54,703 nt of DNA from Bacteroidales bacterium (GTDB lineage: Bacteria; Bacteroidota; Bacteroidia; Bacteroidales; WCHB1-69). The stretch lies in contig JAZLLH010000044.1 of assembly GCA_045598025.1 (NCBI GenBank), forward strand, positions 1 to 54,703. Direction: 5' to 3'. The position numbers and the translations under genes are program-made. Under the pieces are notes generated by a model. That model ran no database searches and was not told where the DNA came from. It saw only the letters and a program-made list of their open reading frames with translations. Shown here piece by piece: positions 26,197 to 34,909 of the stretch; positions within the stretch are counted from its first letter, which is position 1, and each line of letters starts with the position of its first letter.

Positions 26197-27351
26197 ATGG
26201 CTATTGATTTTGAGAAAATACCTTCTCCTTGTTATGTACTGGATGAATCTGCGCTGCGTATCAATTTGGAAATTCTCCGATTGGTACAGGAAGAGGCCGG
26301 TGTGAAAATAATCTGTGCGTTGAAAGGTTTCGCCTTTTGGTACGAGTTTCCGCTTCTGTCGCAATACCTGTCCGGAGCGACGGCCAGTTCCTTGAACGAA
26401 GCCAGGCTGATTGCCGAAGAAATGGGAGAGGAGGCTTATACCTATTGCCCGGTGTACGACGATGCTACATTCGACACCTTGTTGTTGTATAGCAAACATT
26501 TGACTTTCAATTCATTAACACAGTATGAGCATTTCCGTGAACGAGTACGCAACAGCGGCAAGGCGGTCTCCATGGGACTGCGTATCAATCCGGAATACAG
26601 TGAAGTGGAAACCGCGCTTTACGATCCGGCACAACCGGGTTCGCGTTTGGGCATGACGCGTGCACAACTTGGGGAAAAACTGCCCGAAGGAGTGGAAGGA
26701 TTGCACTTTCACTGTCTTTGTGAAAACGACAGTGATGTACTGGAGCGCACATTGAAGGCTGTGGAAGACAAATTCGGTGACTGTTTGGAGCAGGTCCGCT
26801 GGGTAAACATGGGCGGTGGACACTGGATTACGCAGGATGGTTATGATGTGGAACGTCTGGTGCGGATTCTCAAGGAATTCCGTCATCGTCATCCGAATGT
26901 GGAGGAAGTGATTCTCGAACCGGGCGAGGCGGTTGGCCTGCATACAGGTTATCTGGTATCCACGGTGAAGGATCTGTTGCCCCGTTCCGATTTTCAAATT
27001 GCCATGCTGGATGTTTCCTTTGCCTGTCATATGCCGGATTGTTTGGAAATGCCTTACAAACCGGTGATTCTGAATGCACATGATCCTGAGGAAGGGGATC
27101 GTTTCGTCTACCGTATGGGAGGAAATTCCTGTTTGGCCGGTGATTATATGGGAATGGGAGACTATGCTTTCGCCGAACCCTTGGAAATCGGGGAAAAAAT
27201 CGTGTTTGACGATATGATTCATTACACCATGGTGAAAACTACCTTTTTCAATGGAGTGGAACATCCCTCTATTGCGGTTTGGACGGAGCAGGACGAACTG
27301 AAACTGCTCCGTACTTTTGAGTATGAAGATTATAAAAAGAAATTGTCATAG
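26197..27351 (+). CDS. nspC: Carboxynorspermidine/carboxyspermidine decarboxylase
   Basis: PSPCYVLDE, ALKGF, TASSLNEA, GLRINP, YDP..PGSRLG, HFH.LCE, HMPDCLEMPY and HYTMVKTTFFNG. Confidence 0.95.
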   Translation: MAIDFEKIPSPCYVLDESALRINLEILRLVQEEAGVKIICALKGFAFWYEFPLLSQYLSGATASSLNEARLIAEEMGEEAYTYCPVYDDATFDTLLLYSKHLTFNSLTQYEHFRERVRNSGKAVSMGLRINPEYSEVETALYDPAQPGSRLGMTRAQLGEKLPEGVEGLHFHCLCENDSDVLERTLKAVEDKFGDCLEQVRWVNMGGGHWITQDGYDVERLVRILKEFRHRHPNVEEVILEPGEAVGLHTGYLVSTVKDLLPRSDFQIAMLDVSFACHMPDCLEMPYKPVILNAHDPEEGDRFVYRMGGNSCLAGDYMGMGDYAFAEPLEIGEKIVFDDMIHYTMVKTTFFNGVEHPSIAVWTEQDELKLLRTFEYEDYKKKLS

Positions 27352-27352
27352 G

Positions 27353-28342
27353 ATGGAAAATATGTTGTATCCACTGAAATTCAAACCAATATACAAAGAA
27401 AAAATCTGGGGAGGACACAAGTTTTACAGTTTGCTGCAGAAAGAAGAATGTCAAGACCTGGAACAGTGCGGTGAATCATGGGAAGTATCCGGCTTTGACG
27501 AGGACCCCTCCGTCGTAGCAAATGGTTTTCTGGCAGGAAATACACTGAATGAACTGATAGAAGTCTATATGGGTGATCTGGTCGGAGAAAAAGTATTCCG
27601 TACCTACGGAGAGGCCTTTCCTTTGTTAGTCAAATTCATTGATGCGCAGGACGATCTGTCCGTGCAGGTGCATCCGGATGATGAATTGGCACGTCAGTTG
27701 GGCGAATTCAATGGAAAGACGGAAATGTGGCATGTCATACAGGCTGACGAAGGGGCGCGCATCAACGTGGGATTCAACCGTTCCATCCAAAAAAACGAAT
27801 TGGAAAAACTGATACGGACCGGACGTTTGAAGGAAGTGCTGCGTTATCACCCGGTGGAGGCCGGAAGTACCTTTTTCATTCCGGCCGGGAAAGTGCATGC
27901 CATAGGCAAAGGCATTTTGTTGGCTGAAATACAGCAGTTATCCGATATTACCTATCGTCTGTATGATTATGATAGGGTGGATGCCGAAGGAAAAAAACGC
28001 GAACTGCATGTGGCGGAAGCTTTGGAAGCCATCCGTTTTGACGATACGAACCACGGTCCTGTAACCTATCAGAGGGCGCGAAACCAGAGTTCGGAATTGG
28101 TCCAATGTCCGTATTTCGTTACCCACTATATTGAATTTGACCGTCCGGTGGAAAAAATCTACGTTTCCACGGACAGTTTTGTACTCTACACCTGCATAGG
28201 CGGGAGCGCAGAGATACGGTATAACGGGGAATCAAGGGAAACTATCCGCCTGGGCGAATGCGTGCTGATGCCGGCCTGTATAGAAGAGGCAGTCATTACC
28301 CCACAGGGCAGTTGCCGTCTGTTGGAAACCTATCTGCCGTAA
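27353..28342 (+). CDS. Type I mannose-6-phosphate isomerase
   Basis: YPLKFKP...EKIWGG, GESWEVS, FPLLVKFIDA..DLSVQVHPDD, GKTEMW, G.VHAIG and EIQQ.SDITYRLYD. The start may be 27362. Confidence 0.93.
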   Translation: MENMLYPLKFKPIYKEKIWGGHKFYSLLQKEECQDLEQCGESWEVSGFDEDPSVVANGFLAGNTLNELIEVYMGDLVGEKVFRTYGEAFPLLVKFIDAQDDLSVQVHPDDELARQLGEFNGKTEMWHVIQADEGARINVGFNRSIQKNELEKLIRTGRLKEVLRYHPVEAGSTFFIPAGKVHAIGKGILLAEIQQLSDITYRLYDYDRVDAEGKKRELHVAEALEAIRFDDTNHGPVTYQRARNQSSELVQCPYFVTHYIEFDRPVEKIYVSTDSFVLYTCIGGSAEIRYNGESRETIRLGECVLMPACIEEAVITPQGSCRLLETYLP

Positions 28343-28380
28343 ACGGCGTCCGTCGCATCTGAATTTCTGAGCAAGCGGAC

Positions 28381-29430
28381 TTACTCTTTTTTCTTCTTGC
28401 AGGAGGTAAAATCCTTTTCCAGCTTGTTCAGTCTGTCCAGTATGGTCGGGACGTACTGCAGGCTGCTGAATGCTTTCATACCGGTGGCAGCTGGCATGGC
28501 GGGTGACCCTATCACCCGGGATCTGTCCTTGATGTTTCTGTGTATGCCTGATTGGGAGGCCACTTGTACAAAATTGCCTATTTTGACGTGGTCTTTGATG
28601 CCGACCTGACCTCCGATAACGCAATGATTTCCTATGCTGACGGAACCGGCAATGCCACAACCGGCCGCCATGACTGTGTGTTCTCCGATTTGACAGTTGT
28701 GGGCAATCTGTATCAGGTTGTCCAATTTGCTTCCCTTGTGGATGATGGTTGCATCCAACATGGCCCGGTCAATACAGGTATTGGCACCGATTTCCACATC
28801 GTCTTCTATGATGACGGTTCCGATTTGCGGAATTTTGGAATATACGCCTTTGGTATTCGGCTGGAATCCGAATCCGTCCGCACCAATGACAGCACCGGAG
28901 TGAATGATGCAGTTGCTCCCGATACGGCAACCTTCATATATTTTGGCTCCGGCGTAGATGATGGTATTTTCTCCTACGCTGACATTGTTTCCCAAATACA
29001 CCTGCGGATATATCTGTACATCATCCATCAGGGTGACATTGTCTTCTACCACCACTCCGTCTCCGATGTAGATTCCTTCGCCCAGAACGGCACTTTTGCT
29101 GACGATGGCATGCTTGCTGATTCCCAGACGTCTCGGTTTCAGGTCGTCATAGAGCTGGAGCAGTTTGATGAATGCCTGTTTCGGATCCTTTACATGGATG
29201 AGTGTGCATCCCGGTTCCTGAGCTGGCTGAAAATTCTCATGCACGATGACGATGCTGGCTTTGGTATCGTAGATGTATTCCTCATACTTATGGTCCGTCA
29301 GAAAAGCGCATCCGTGTTCTATGGACTGGTCGATCTGGCAGAAATCGCTCACATATGCATTTTCATCTCCTTCTATGCTGCCTTCGAGGATTTTGGCCAG
29401 TTGTTTGGCCGAAAATTTCAGATTTTCCAT
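28381..29430 (-). CDS. lpxD: UDP-3-O-(3-hydroxymyristoyl)glucosamine N-acyltransferase
   Basis: Hexapeptide repeats, [25 protein letters not shown] and [11 protein letters not shown]. Confidence 0.93.
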   Translation of the reverse strand: MENLKFSAKQLAKILEGSIEGDENAYVSDFCQIDQSIEHGCAFLTDHKYEEYIYDTKASIVIVHENFQPAQEPGCTLIHVKDPKQAFIKLLQLYDDLKPRRLGISKHAIVSKSAVLGEGIYIGDGVVVEDNVTLMDDVQIYPQVYLGNNVSVGENTIIYAGAKIYEGCRIGSNCIIHSGAVIGADGFGFQPNTKGVYSKIPQIGTVIIEDDVEIGANTCIDRAMLDATIIHKGSKLDNLIQIAHNCQIGEHTVMAAGCGIAGSVSIGNHCVIGGQVGIKDHVKIGNFVQVASQSGIHRNIKDRSRVIGSPAMPAATGMKAFSSLQYVPTILDRLNKLEKDFTSCKKKKE

Positions 29431-29433
29431 GGA

Positions 29434-29889
29434 TTAGATGAATGTGATGGTTTCCTCTTTGGTAATTTTCTGGCAATAATGGCATTGCAGTTTGATGTTC
29501 TGAGCATCCAGCACCTTGAATTTGGGTGTTACATTTTCATGATTGGTGATGCATTTGGGATTGTAGCATTTTACAATACCCTCAAACTCTGTAGGAATGG
29601 TCACCTCTCGTTTTTCTGCCACTTCGTAATCCCGGATCACGGTCAGGGTAGCGGTCGGGCATACCAGAGCAATCTTGTTGATTTCGTTACTGGCGAAAAA
29701 TTTGTTTCTGACTTTGATAATGGCCTTTTTCCCCAATTTCTGACTGCTCAGGTTGGTGCCGAAAAGAATCTGGTCATTGCTGTGATCCAAATCCAATATT
29801 TTGATTACCTGGAATAATTTTTCCGAAGGAATATGGTCAATTACGGTTCCGTTTTCAATGGCGGATACTACAAGTTCTTTCTTTTTCAT
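29434..29889 (-). CDS. pyrI: Aspartate carbamoyltransferase regulatory chain
   Basis: LVVSAIENGTVIDHIP and the Zn motif C.NPKCIT...C.YC. Confidence 0.96.
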   Translation of the reverse strand: MKKKELVVSAIENGTVIDHIPSEKLFQVIKILDLDHSNDQILFGTNLSSQKLGKKAIIKVRNKFFASNEINKIALVCPTATLTVIRDYEVAEKREVTIPTEFEGIVKCYNPKCITNHENVTPKFKVLDAQNIKLQCHYCQKITKEETITFI

Positions 29890-29896
29890 GGCAAAA

Positions 29897-30811
29897 TTAT
29901 TTTAATCCTAAAATGGCGGCAATTAAGGCCTGACGTACATAAACTCCGTTTTGGGCCTGCTGGAAGTAATATGCCTGCGGCAGTGTGTCAACATCCGTAT
30001 TGATCTCGTTGACGCGGGGCAGGGGATGCAGAACCTTCATATTGGGTTTGACTTTTTTCAGCAGGGATTTGTCCAGAATGCAGGAGTTTTTCACTTTTTC
30101 ATAGTCCTGTATGTCCAGAAAACGTTCGCGCTGCACACGGGTCATGTACAGAATATCCACCTTTTCTACGGCTTCAGCAATGGATGTGTACTGGAAATAT
30201 TGGAGATTTTTGCTCTTGATGTGCATTTTTACCGTACTGGGCAGCTTCAGGCTTTCCGGAGATACCAGGTGAAAGGTGGTGTTGAAGTTGCACATGGCTT
30301 CTACCAGGGAATGAACGGTGCGTCCGTATTTCAGGTCTCCCACCAGGGCGATGTTCAAATTGTCCAAAGTACCCTGCGTCTTGCGGATGGAATAGAGGTC
30401 CAGCATGCATTGGGTGGGGTGCTGATTGGCTCCGTCTCCGGCATTGATTACAGGTACTGTGGCTACTTCGGAGGCCAGACGTGCGGTTCCTTCCAAGGGA
30501 TGACGCATGACGATGAGGTCCGCATAGCAGGAAACGGTGCGGATGGTATCGGCCAGGCTTTCACCCTTGGCAGTGCTGGAATTGGAGGCATCTGAGAATC
30601 CGATTACTTTGGCACCCAAACGGTTGGCTGCACTTTCAAAACTGAGTCTCGTGCGGGTAGAGGGCTCGAAGAACAGCGTGGCAACGATTTTCCCCTGTGC
30701 GATGTTCTGCACGGGTTCTTTTTCGAAAGTTTCGGCCAGATCCAGAATATGGATATATTCCTCTTTGTTGTAGTCGGTGATGGAAATCAGATTCCGATTT
30801 TTCATGTTCAT
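29897..30811 (-). CDS. pyrB: Aspartate carbamoyltransferase catalytic chain
   Basis: FFEPSTRTRLSF, KGESL.DT, INAGDG..QHPTQ, GDLKYGRTVHS, YMTRVQRER and HPLPR. Confidence 0.97.
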   Translation of the reverse strand: MNMKNRNLISITDYNKEEYIHILDLAETFEKEPVQNIAQGKIVATLFFEPSTRTRLSFESAANRLGAKVIGFSDASNSSTAKGESLADTIRTVSCYADLIVMRHPLEGTARLASEVATVPVINAGDGANQHPTQCMLDLYSIRKTQGTLDNLNIALVGDLKYGRTVHSLVEAMCNFNTTFHLVSPESLKLPSTVKMHIKSKNLQYFQYTSIAEAVEKVDILYMTRVQRERFLDIQDYEKVKNSCILDKSLLKKVKPNMKVLHPLPRVNEINTDVDTLPQAYYFQQAQNGVYVRQALIAAILGLK

Positions 30812-30848
30812 ATTATCGTGAATTTTATGATGTAATACTATAGGAATG

Positions 30849-32060
30849 TTACCAATTTACTTTTTCTCTGCGTACAGGCATGGTCATGCAGCGTGCACCG
30901 CCTCCACCTCGGGGCAGTTCGCTGCCGGGCAGGGTGACTACGCATCTCTGATGACGTTCCAACTGATCGTTTCCGTTGACGATGTCTTCGGCTGCAACTA
31001 TGTCAAAACCCTGTTTGGCCAATTGCTCTATGGTGTGAATATTGCGTTCGTATCCGATGATTTTTCCGGGGGCCATGGCGAAGAAATTGGCACCGCTGTG
31101 CCATTGTTCGCGTTGCTGATTCCACAAATCGTCCGGATTACCGCATCCTATGGGTTGCAGATCGAATTTCAAGGCTTTCAGCGCAGCCATCATATGCGGA
31201 TACTCGGTGTAGGATACTTTGGATCCGTCTATACCGATTATGATGGTGCGGTACTCGCTGCTTCGGGTAATCAGCGGGCTGTAGCACATGCAGGCATCCT
31301 TGTCCAGAAAAGTGAATACCATGTCCAGATGGATGAAGCTGTCCGGATGTTCCGGCAGTTCCTGAACAACGATGTTCTGTTTTCTGTTTTTTGCCTGAAA
31401 TCTGCGTACCATTCCCTCAATGGCCTCCTTGGATGTACGGCAACCGTTTCCGATCAGCAATACGTCTTCACGGGCTATTTCCACGTCTCCGCCTTCAATG
31501 TGGAAATTTTCAGCATCCGGTTGAAAGGTGTTCGCGCGGAAGGCGTGACGGAAAATCTGATCCATCAGGTAGGGCTCTCCTCCGCGCACTTTGTGGCGCA
31601 TACGGTTGATGAGCACTTCATTGTATACCGAAACGGAGGCATCCCGGGTAAAAAACAGATTGTACAGCGGGGGCAGGGGAAAACGTTTGTCGGAAAAATC
31701 GGCTTTCTGTTCATAACCTTCCACCAGGGTACGGGCCAGTTCCCGGGCAGTCATGGATGTCAGTTCCTGTTGCAGCTGGGGCACACCGTACATGTTACAG
31801 ACTTTTTCCACTATGGAATGTTTCCGGTCTTCATCCGACAGGATTTCTTCCAGGAGGTCGTCCACATAGAATACATGAGCGGCTTTTTTCAGCACGCCCT
31901 CAAAAAGGGCATATTCCTTCTGTGCGATATCCCGGCTCAAAATGTCGCTGTATAGGGCTTCTTGAATATTCGTAGGGGTCATTTTCTCTATCTCGAATCC
32001 GGGCCGATGCAAGATAACTCCCTCTAATTTACCAATTTCAGATTGTATATTTATATCCAT
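30849..32060 (-). CDS. arcA: Arginine deiminase
   Basis: SEIGKL..V.LHRPG.E, NLFFTRD, IEGGD, HLDMVFT, EQW.SGANF and ELPRGGGGARCMTMP (catalytic Cys). Confidence 0.92.
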   Translation of the reverse strand: MDINIQSEIGKLEGVILHRPGFEIEKMTPTNIQEALYSDILSRDIAQKEYALFEGVLKKAAHVFYVDDLLEEILSDEDRKHSIVEKVCNMYGVPQLQQELTSMTARELARTLVEGYEQKADFSDKRFPLPPLYNLFFTRDASVSVYNEVLINRMRHKVRGGEPYLMDQIFRHAFRANTFQPDAENFHIEGGDVEIAREDVLLIGNGCRTSKEAIEGMVRRFQAKNRKQNIVVQELPEHPDSFIHLDMVFTFLDKDACMCYSPLITRSSEYRTIIIGIDGSKVSYTEYPHMMAALKALKFDLQPIGCGNPDDLWNQQREQWHSGANFFAMAPGKIIGYERNIHTIEQLAKQGFDIVAAEDIVNGNDQLERHQRCVVTLPGSELPRGGGGARCMTMPVRREKVNW

Positions 32061-32082
32061 AAAATGCAATTAGGCAATTTTG

Positions 32083-32090
32083 CAAAGATA
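32083..32090 (-). promoter_or_regulatory. -7 promoter element for arcA-pyrB-pyrI-lpxD (TATCTTTG on the minus strand)
   Basis: CAAAGATA on the plus strand, 22 nt upstream of the arcA ATG. Confidence 0.65.
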
Positions 32091-32207
32091 AAAAAAAAAT
32101 CACTACCAATGGAGGGTAGGCATCCGTTTTTTTTTGAAGAAAAAATGCGTCTTGGTACAATAAATGCAAGATTTTGCAGATTAGTATCCTATAAACTATA
32201 TGTGCTT

Positions 32208-32693
32208 ATGAAAAAATATTTTTTGTCCGTCATGATTTGTTTCTTTGGAATGGGAGTGAGTGATTTGATTGCTCAGTCGGCTATTCCGGAACCTCCCTGT
32301 ATTGTATACCGTACCCGAAAAAATTACGACAGGAATGTCGCCGTCATACTTTCGGATGACGGCAGCCGGATTGTCAGCTATCCGCATCCCAGCGATGTGT
32401 ACAGTCGGGGTGAAATCTGCTATCCGGTGAAACTGTCCAGAAAAATGCTGCTGGACCGCCGGGGTATCGGTCCGCATGTGGCATTTCTTTCCATTACATA
32501 CGAGGAATACAGCAAGCTGAAAGAAGTACCCGATATGGAGCAGCTGATGGCTTGGATTATCGATAAGGATCCCTTGGTAAAAATGTACCGTTGCCGATTC
32601 CCGAATGCTGATCAGCGCATTGCAGAACTGAAGAAAATGTTGCGCAAGGGGTGCCCTGATTGCAGCGTTCTGGTGGATAAAAAGAAGAAATAG
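32208..32693 (+). CDS. Hypothetical exported protein
   Basis: Signal-peptide-like N-terminus MKKYFLSVMICFFGMG, then a basic domain (IVSYPHPSD, LLDRRGI, IIDKDP). The stop is 2 nt before the S41 gene. Confidence 0.7.
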   Translation: MKKYFLSVMICFFGMGVSDLIAQSAIPEPPCIVYRTRKNYDRNVAVILSDDGSRIVSYPHPSDVYSRGEICYPVKLSRKMLLDRRGIGPHVAFLSITYEEYSKLKEVPDMEQLMAWIIDKDPLVKMYRCRFPNADQRIAELKKMLRKGCPDCSVLVDKKKK

Positions 32694-32695
32694 GG

Positions 32696-34288
32696 ATGGA
32701 TAAATCGTCCAAAACACTTCTTTTCATTATGCTGGCTCTGGTGGCCGGCATCCTCATCGGTGTCTATCTGATGCCATCCGATAGGGATCGCTTGGTCAGA
32801 GAAAGCACGTCGTCCCCGTATACCTACGGAAAAATGGACGAAGTGATGTCATTGATCCGCTCCTATTATTTTGAAAAGACAGACGAGGATTCGCTGACGG
32901 ATGAGGCCGTGGCAGCGCTGTTGAATTCGCTGGATCCTCATTCGTCCTATGTTTCCCGTAAGGATGCTGAGGATTACAACTCCGTATTGTACGGGTCGTT
33001 TGAGGGAATAGGCATTTCGTTCAATATGCTGAATGACACTATACTGATTATCAGTGTCAATGCAGGCGGCCCTTCGTGGAAGGCCGGACTTCAGCCTGGC
33101 GACAAGATTGTCGGTGTGGATAGTTCGACCGTGGCCGGTGTGAAGATAAAAAACAACGATGTGATTCGCATGCTGCGCGGAAAAAAGGGAAGCAAGGTCC
33201 GGGTGCAGGTGCGGCGTTCCGGAGTGGAAGAAATCTTATCCTTTGACATTATCCGGGACAAAATTCCCATACACAGTATAGAAGTAAGCTACATGATTCG
33301 TCCGAAAGTGGGGTATATACAGATCAACAGTTTTTCAGCCACGACGGCCGATGAGTTCCGTGAGGCTCTTCACCGTCTGTCGGCCAAAGGTATGGAAAAA
33401 CTGGTGCTGGATCTTCGCGGCAATTCCGGAGGCTCTTTGAGGTCGGCTGTGGAAATCTGCGATGAATTTCTACCGCGGCACAGCATGATTGTCTATACCA
33501 AGGGAAAATCGATGCGCCCACAGTATTTCAGAGCTACTTCTTTGGGATCGTTCCAGGAGGAAAATCAGCAATTGGTAGTGCTGGTGGACGAATGGTCAGC
33601 TTCCGCTTCTGAAATCGTAGCCGGAGCTGTACAGGATCAGGACAGGGGCACCATTGTCGGAAGACGCACATTCGGAAAGGGACTGGTTCAACGAAGTTTT
33701 ACCTTGGCTGACAGTTCGGAAGTGCTGCTTACGGTAGCCCGTTATTACACACCTACCGGACGCTGTATACAGAAACCGTTTGAGCATTATGACGATGACA
33801 TTGTCCAACGTTATCTGCGCGGAGAAATGAATCATCCGGACAGCATTCGACGGATTGACTCACTCAAATTCAAGACCCCGAAGGGAAAAATCGTTTACGG
33901 TGGTGGCGGTATTGTGCCGGACGTATTTGTTCCTGTGGATACTTCCGAAGATTATGTGTATTTCAACAGGCTGTCCCAATCAGGTATCGTATTCCAATAT
34001 GCCATGGCATATACGGATCAGCACCGCAAATCCTTGAATGCTTATGCCGGAGTGGAAGCTTTCGATGCCGGTTTTTCCGTCACCGATGAAATGCTGAAAG
34101 AAATGATACGCAAGGGCGAGGCTGCGGGGATTTCGTCCAAGGAGGCCGGCCCGGGTTCGCTCAAAGTGGTTCGGAAATGGTGTAAGGCCTATATTGCGCG
34201 AAATCTTTTCGGAGAAACGGGCTTTTACTATATCTCCAATCAGGACGATAAAATGTTGGCAAAAGCGATACAGATTTTGTCAAAATAA
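32696..34288 (+). CDS. S41 family carboxy-terminal processing protease with PDZ domain
   Basis: N-terminal TM helix, LDPHSSY, FEGIGI, LDLRGNSGG, SASASEIVAGAVQD (catalytic Ser), TFGKG.VQ (Lys) and ARYYTPTGR. Confidence 0.95.
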   Translation: MDKSSKTLLFIMLALVAGILIGVYLMPSDRDRLVRESTSSPYTYGKMDEVMSLIRSYYFEKTDEDSLTDEAVAALLNSLDPHSSYVSRKDAEDYNSVLYGSFEGIGISFNMLNDTILIISVNAGGPSWKAGLQPGDKIVGVDSSTVAGVKIKNNDVIRMLRGKKGSKVRVQVRRSGVEEILSFDIIRDKIPIHSIEVSYMIRPKVGYIQINSFSATTADEFREALHRLSAKGMEKLVLDLRGNSGGSLRSAVEICDEFLPRHSMIVYTKGKSMRPQYFRATSLGSFQEENQQLVVLVDEWSASASEIVAGAVQDQDRGTIVGRRTFGKGLVQRSFTLADSSEVLLTVARYYTPTGRCIQKPFEHYDDDIVQRYLRGEMNHPDSIRRIDSLKFKTPKGKIVYGGGGIVPDVFVPVDTSEDYVYFNRLSQSGIVFQYAMAYTDQHRKSLNAYAGVEAFDAGFSVTDEMLKEMIRKGEAAGISSKEAGPGSLKVVRKWCKAYIARNLFGETGFYYISNQDDKMLAKAIQILSK

Positions 34289-34434
34289 TTTGGGATTTCT
34301 TCCATTTTTTATCCGTTTTTTTGTCCCGGACTTTGTGAGAGACGTGAGGTTTTGCTCATATTGATTTGTAAATCACAGAAGTATACTGCTGTAAAAAATA
34401 CCAAGAAAGTAGGATTTTCTATTGAAAAAATAGC

Positions 34435-34442
34435 TACTTTTG
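34435..34442 (+). promoter_or_regulatory. -7 promoter element for the tRNA pair (TACTTTTG)
   Basis: Consensus match 20 nt upstream of the first tRNA. Confidence 0.7.
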
Positions 34443-34462
34443 CACATTCAAAATGAGGACAT

Positions 34463-34536
34463 TCCTCCTTAGCTCAGTTGGTTAGAGCATCTGACTGTTA
34501 ATCAGAGGGTCGCTGGTTCAAGTCCAGCAGGGGGAG
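34463..34536 (+). tRNA. tRNA-Asn (GTT)
   Basis: Acceptor stem TCCTCCT/AGGGGGA, D arm AGCTCAGTTGGTTAGAGC, anticodon GTT at 34497-34499, T arm GCTGG-TTCAAGT-CCAGC. CCA is not encoded. Confidence 0.97.
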
Positions 34537-34564
34537 CGAGATTGATTTTAAAGGATGAGATGAT

Positions 34565-34638
34565 TCCTCCTTAGCTCAGTTGGTTAGAGCATCTGACTGT
34601 TAATCAGAGGGTCGCTGGTTCAAGTCCAGCAGGGGGAG
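34565..34638 (+). tRNA. tRNA-Asn (GTT), second identical copy
   Basis: Same 74-nt sequence, offset by 102 nt. Confidence 0.97.
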
Positions 34639-34640
34639 CG

Positions 34641-34675
34641 CAAAAAGAGGGGACCGCCCGGCCTCCCTCTTTTTG
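34641..34675. terminator. Bidirectional Rho-independent terminator
   Basis: CAAAAAGAGGG...CCCTCTTTTTG, a perfect 11-bp inverted repeat immediately after the tRNAs. Confidence 0.85.
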
Positions 34676-34679
34676 ATTT

Positions 34680-34870
34680 TTATGCGTTTCGGAAAGGCAA
34701 CAGAACGCTGCTTATTCGACGAACGAATTGCTGTTTCGCGGGTTTTATCCGGGAGTCCCAGTACGAAGTGGATCTGTTGCAGGAGGAAGGAGAGTGTATA
34801 CCTGCGTATGAAATCAAATCCGGAAAGACTTTTCATTCTTCACCTTGCGAAGGATTGTTGAATTTCAGGA
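34680..34870 (+). pseudogene. Remnant of an AAA_14/DUF4143-type ATP-binding protein gene
   Basis: The frame from 34680 reads LCVSERQQNAAYSTNELLFRGFYPG. A shifted frame from 34744 reads FIRESQYEVDLLQEEGECIPAYEIKSGKTFHSSPCEGLLNF, matching the EVD...EIKS (PD-(D/E)xK-like) tail of this family. There is no start codon or Walker A. Confidence 0.6.
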
Positions 34871-34909
34871 TTTTTTTCAATAAATCAGATATAACGAATC
34901 GAATAGATA

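Noticed and set aside
26197-27351. nspC lacking an adjacent carboxyspermidine dehydrogenase
   Set aside because: The two genes are often unlinked in Bacteroidales, so this is not unusual by itself.
30812-30848. AT-rich arcA-pyrB spacer resembling a dif site or a pyrimidine attenuator
   Set aside because: The XerD arm (TTATGT.AA.T) does not match, and there is no hairpin, U tract or leader peptide.
34463-34638. Direct repeat read as a CRISPR array or as attL/attR of an island
   Set aside because: Both copies are full cloverleaf tRNAs with only 28 nt between them, and there are no cas genes or integrase.
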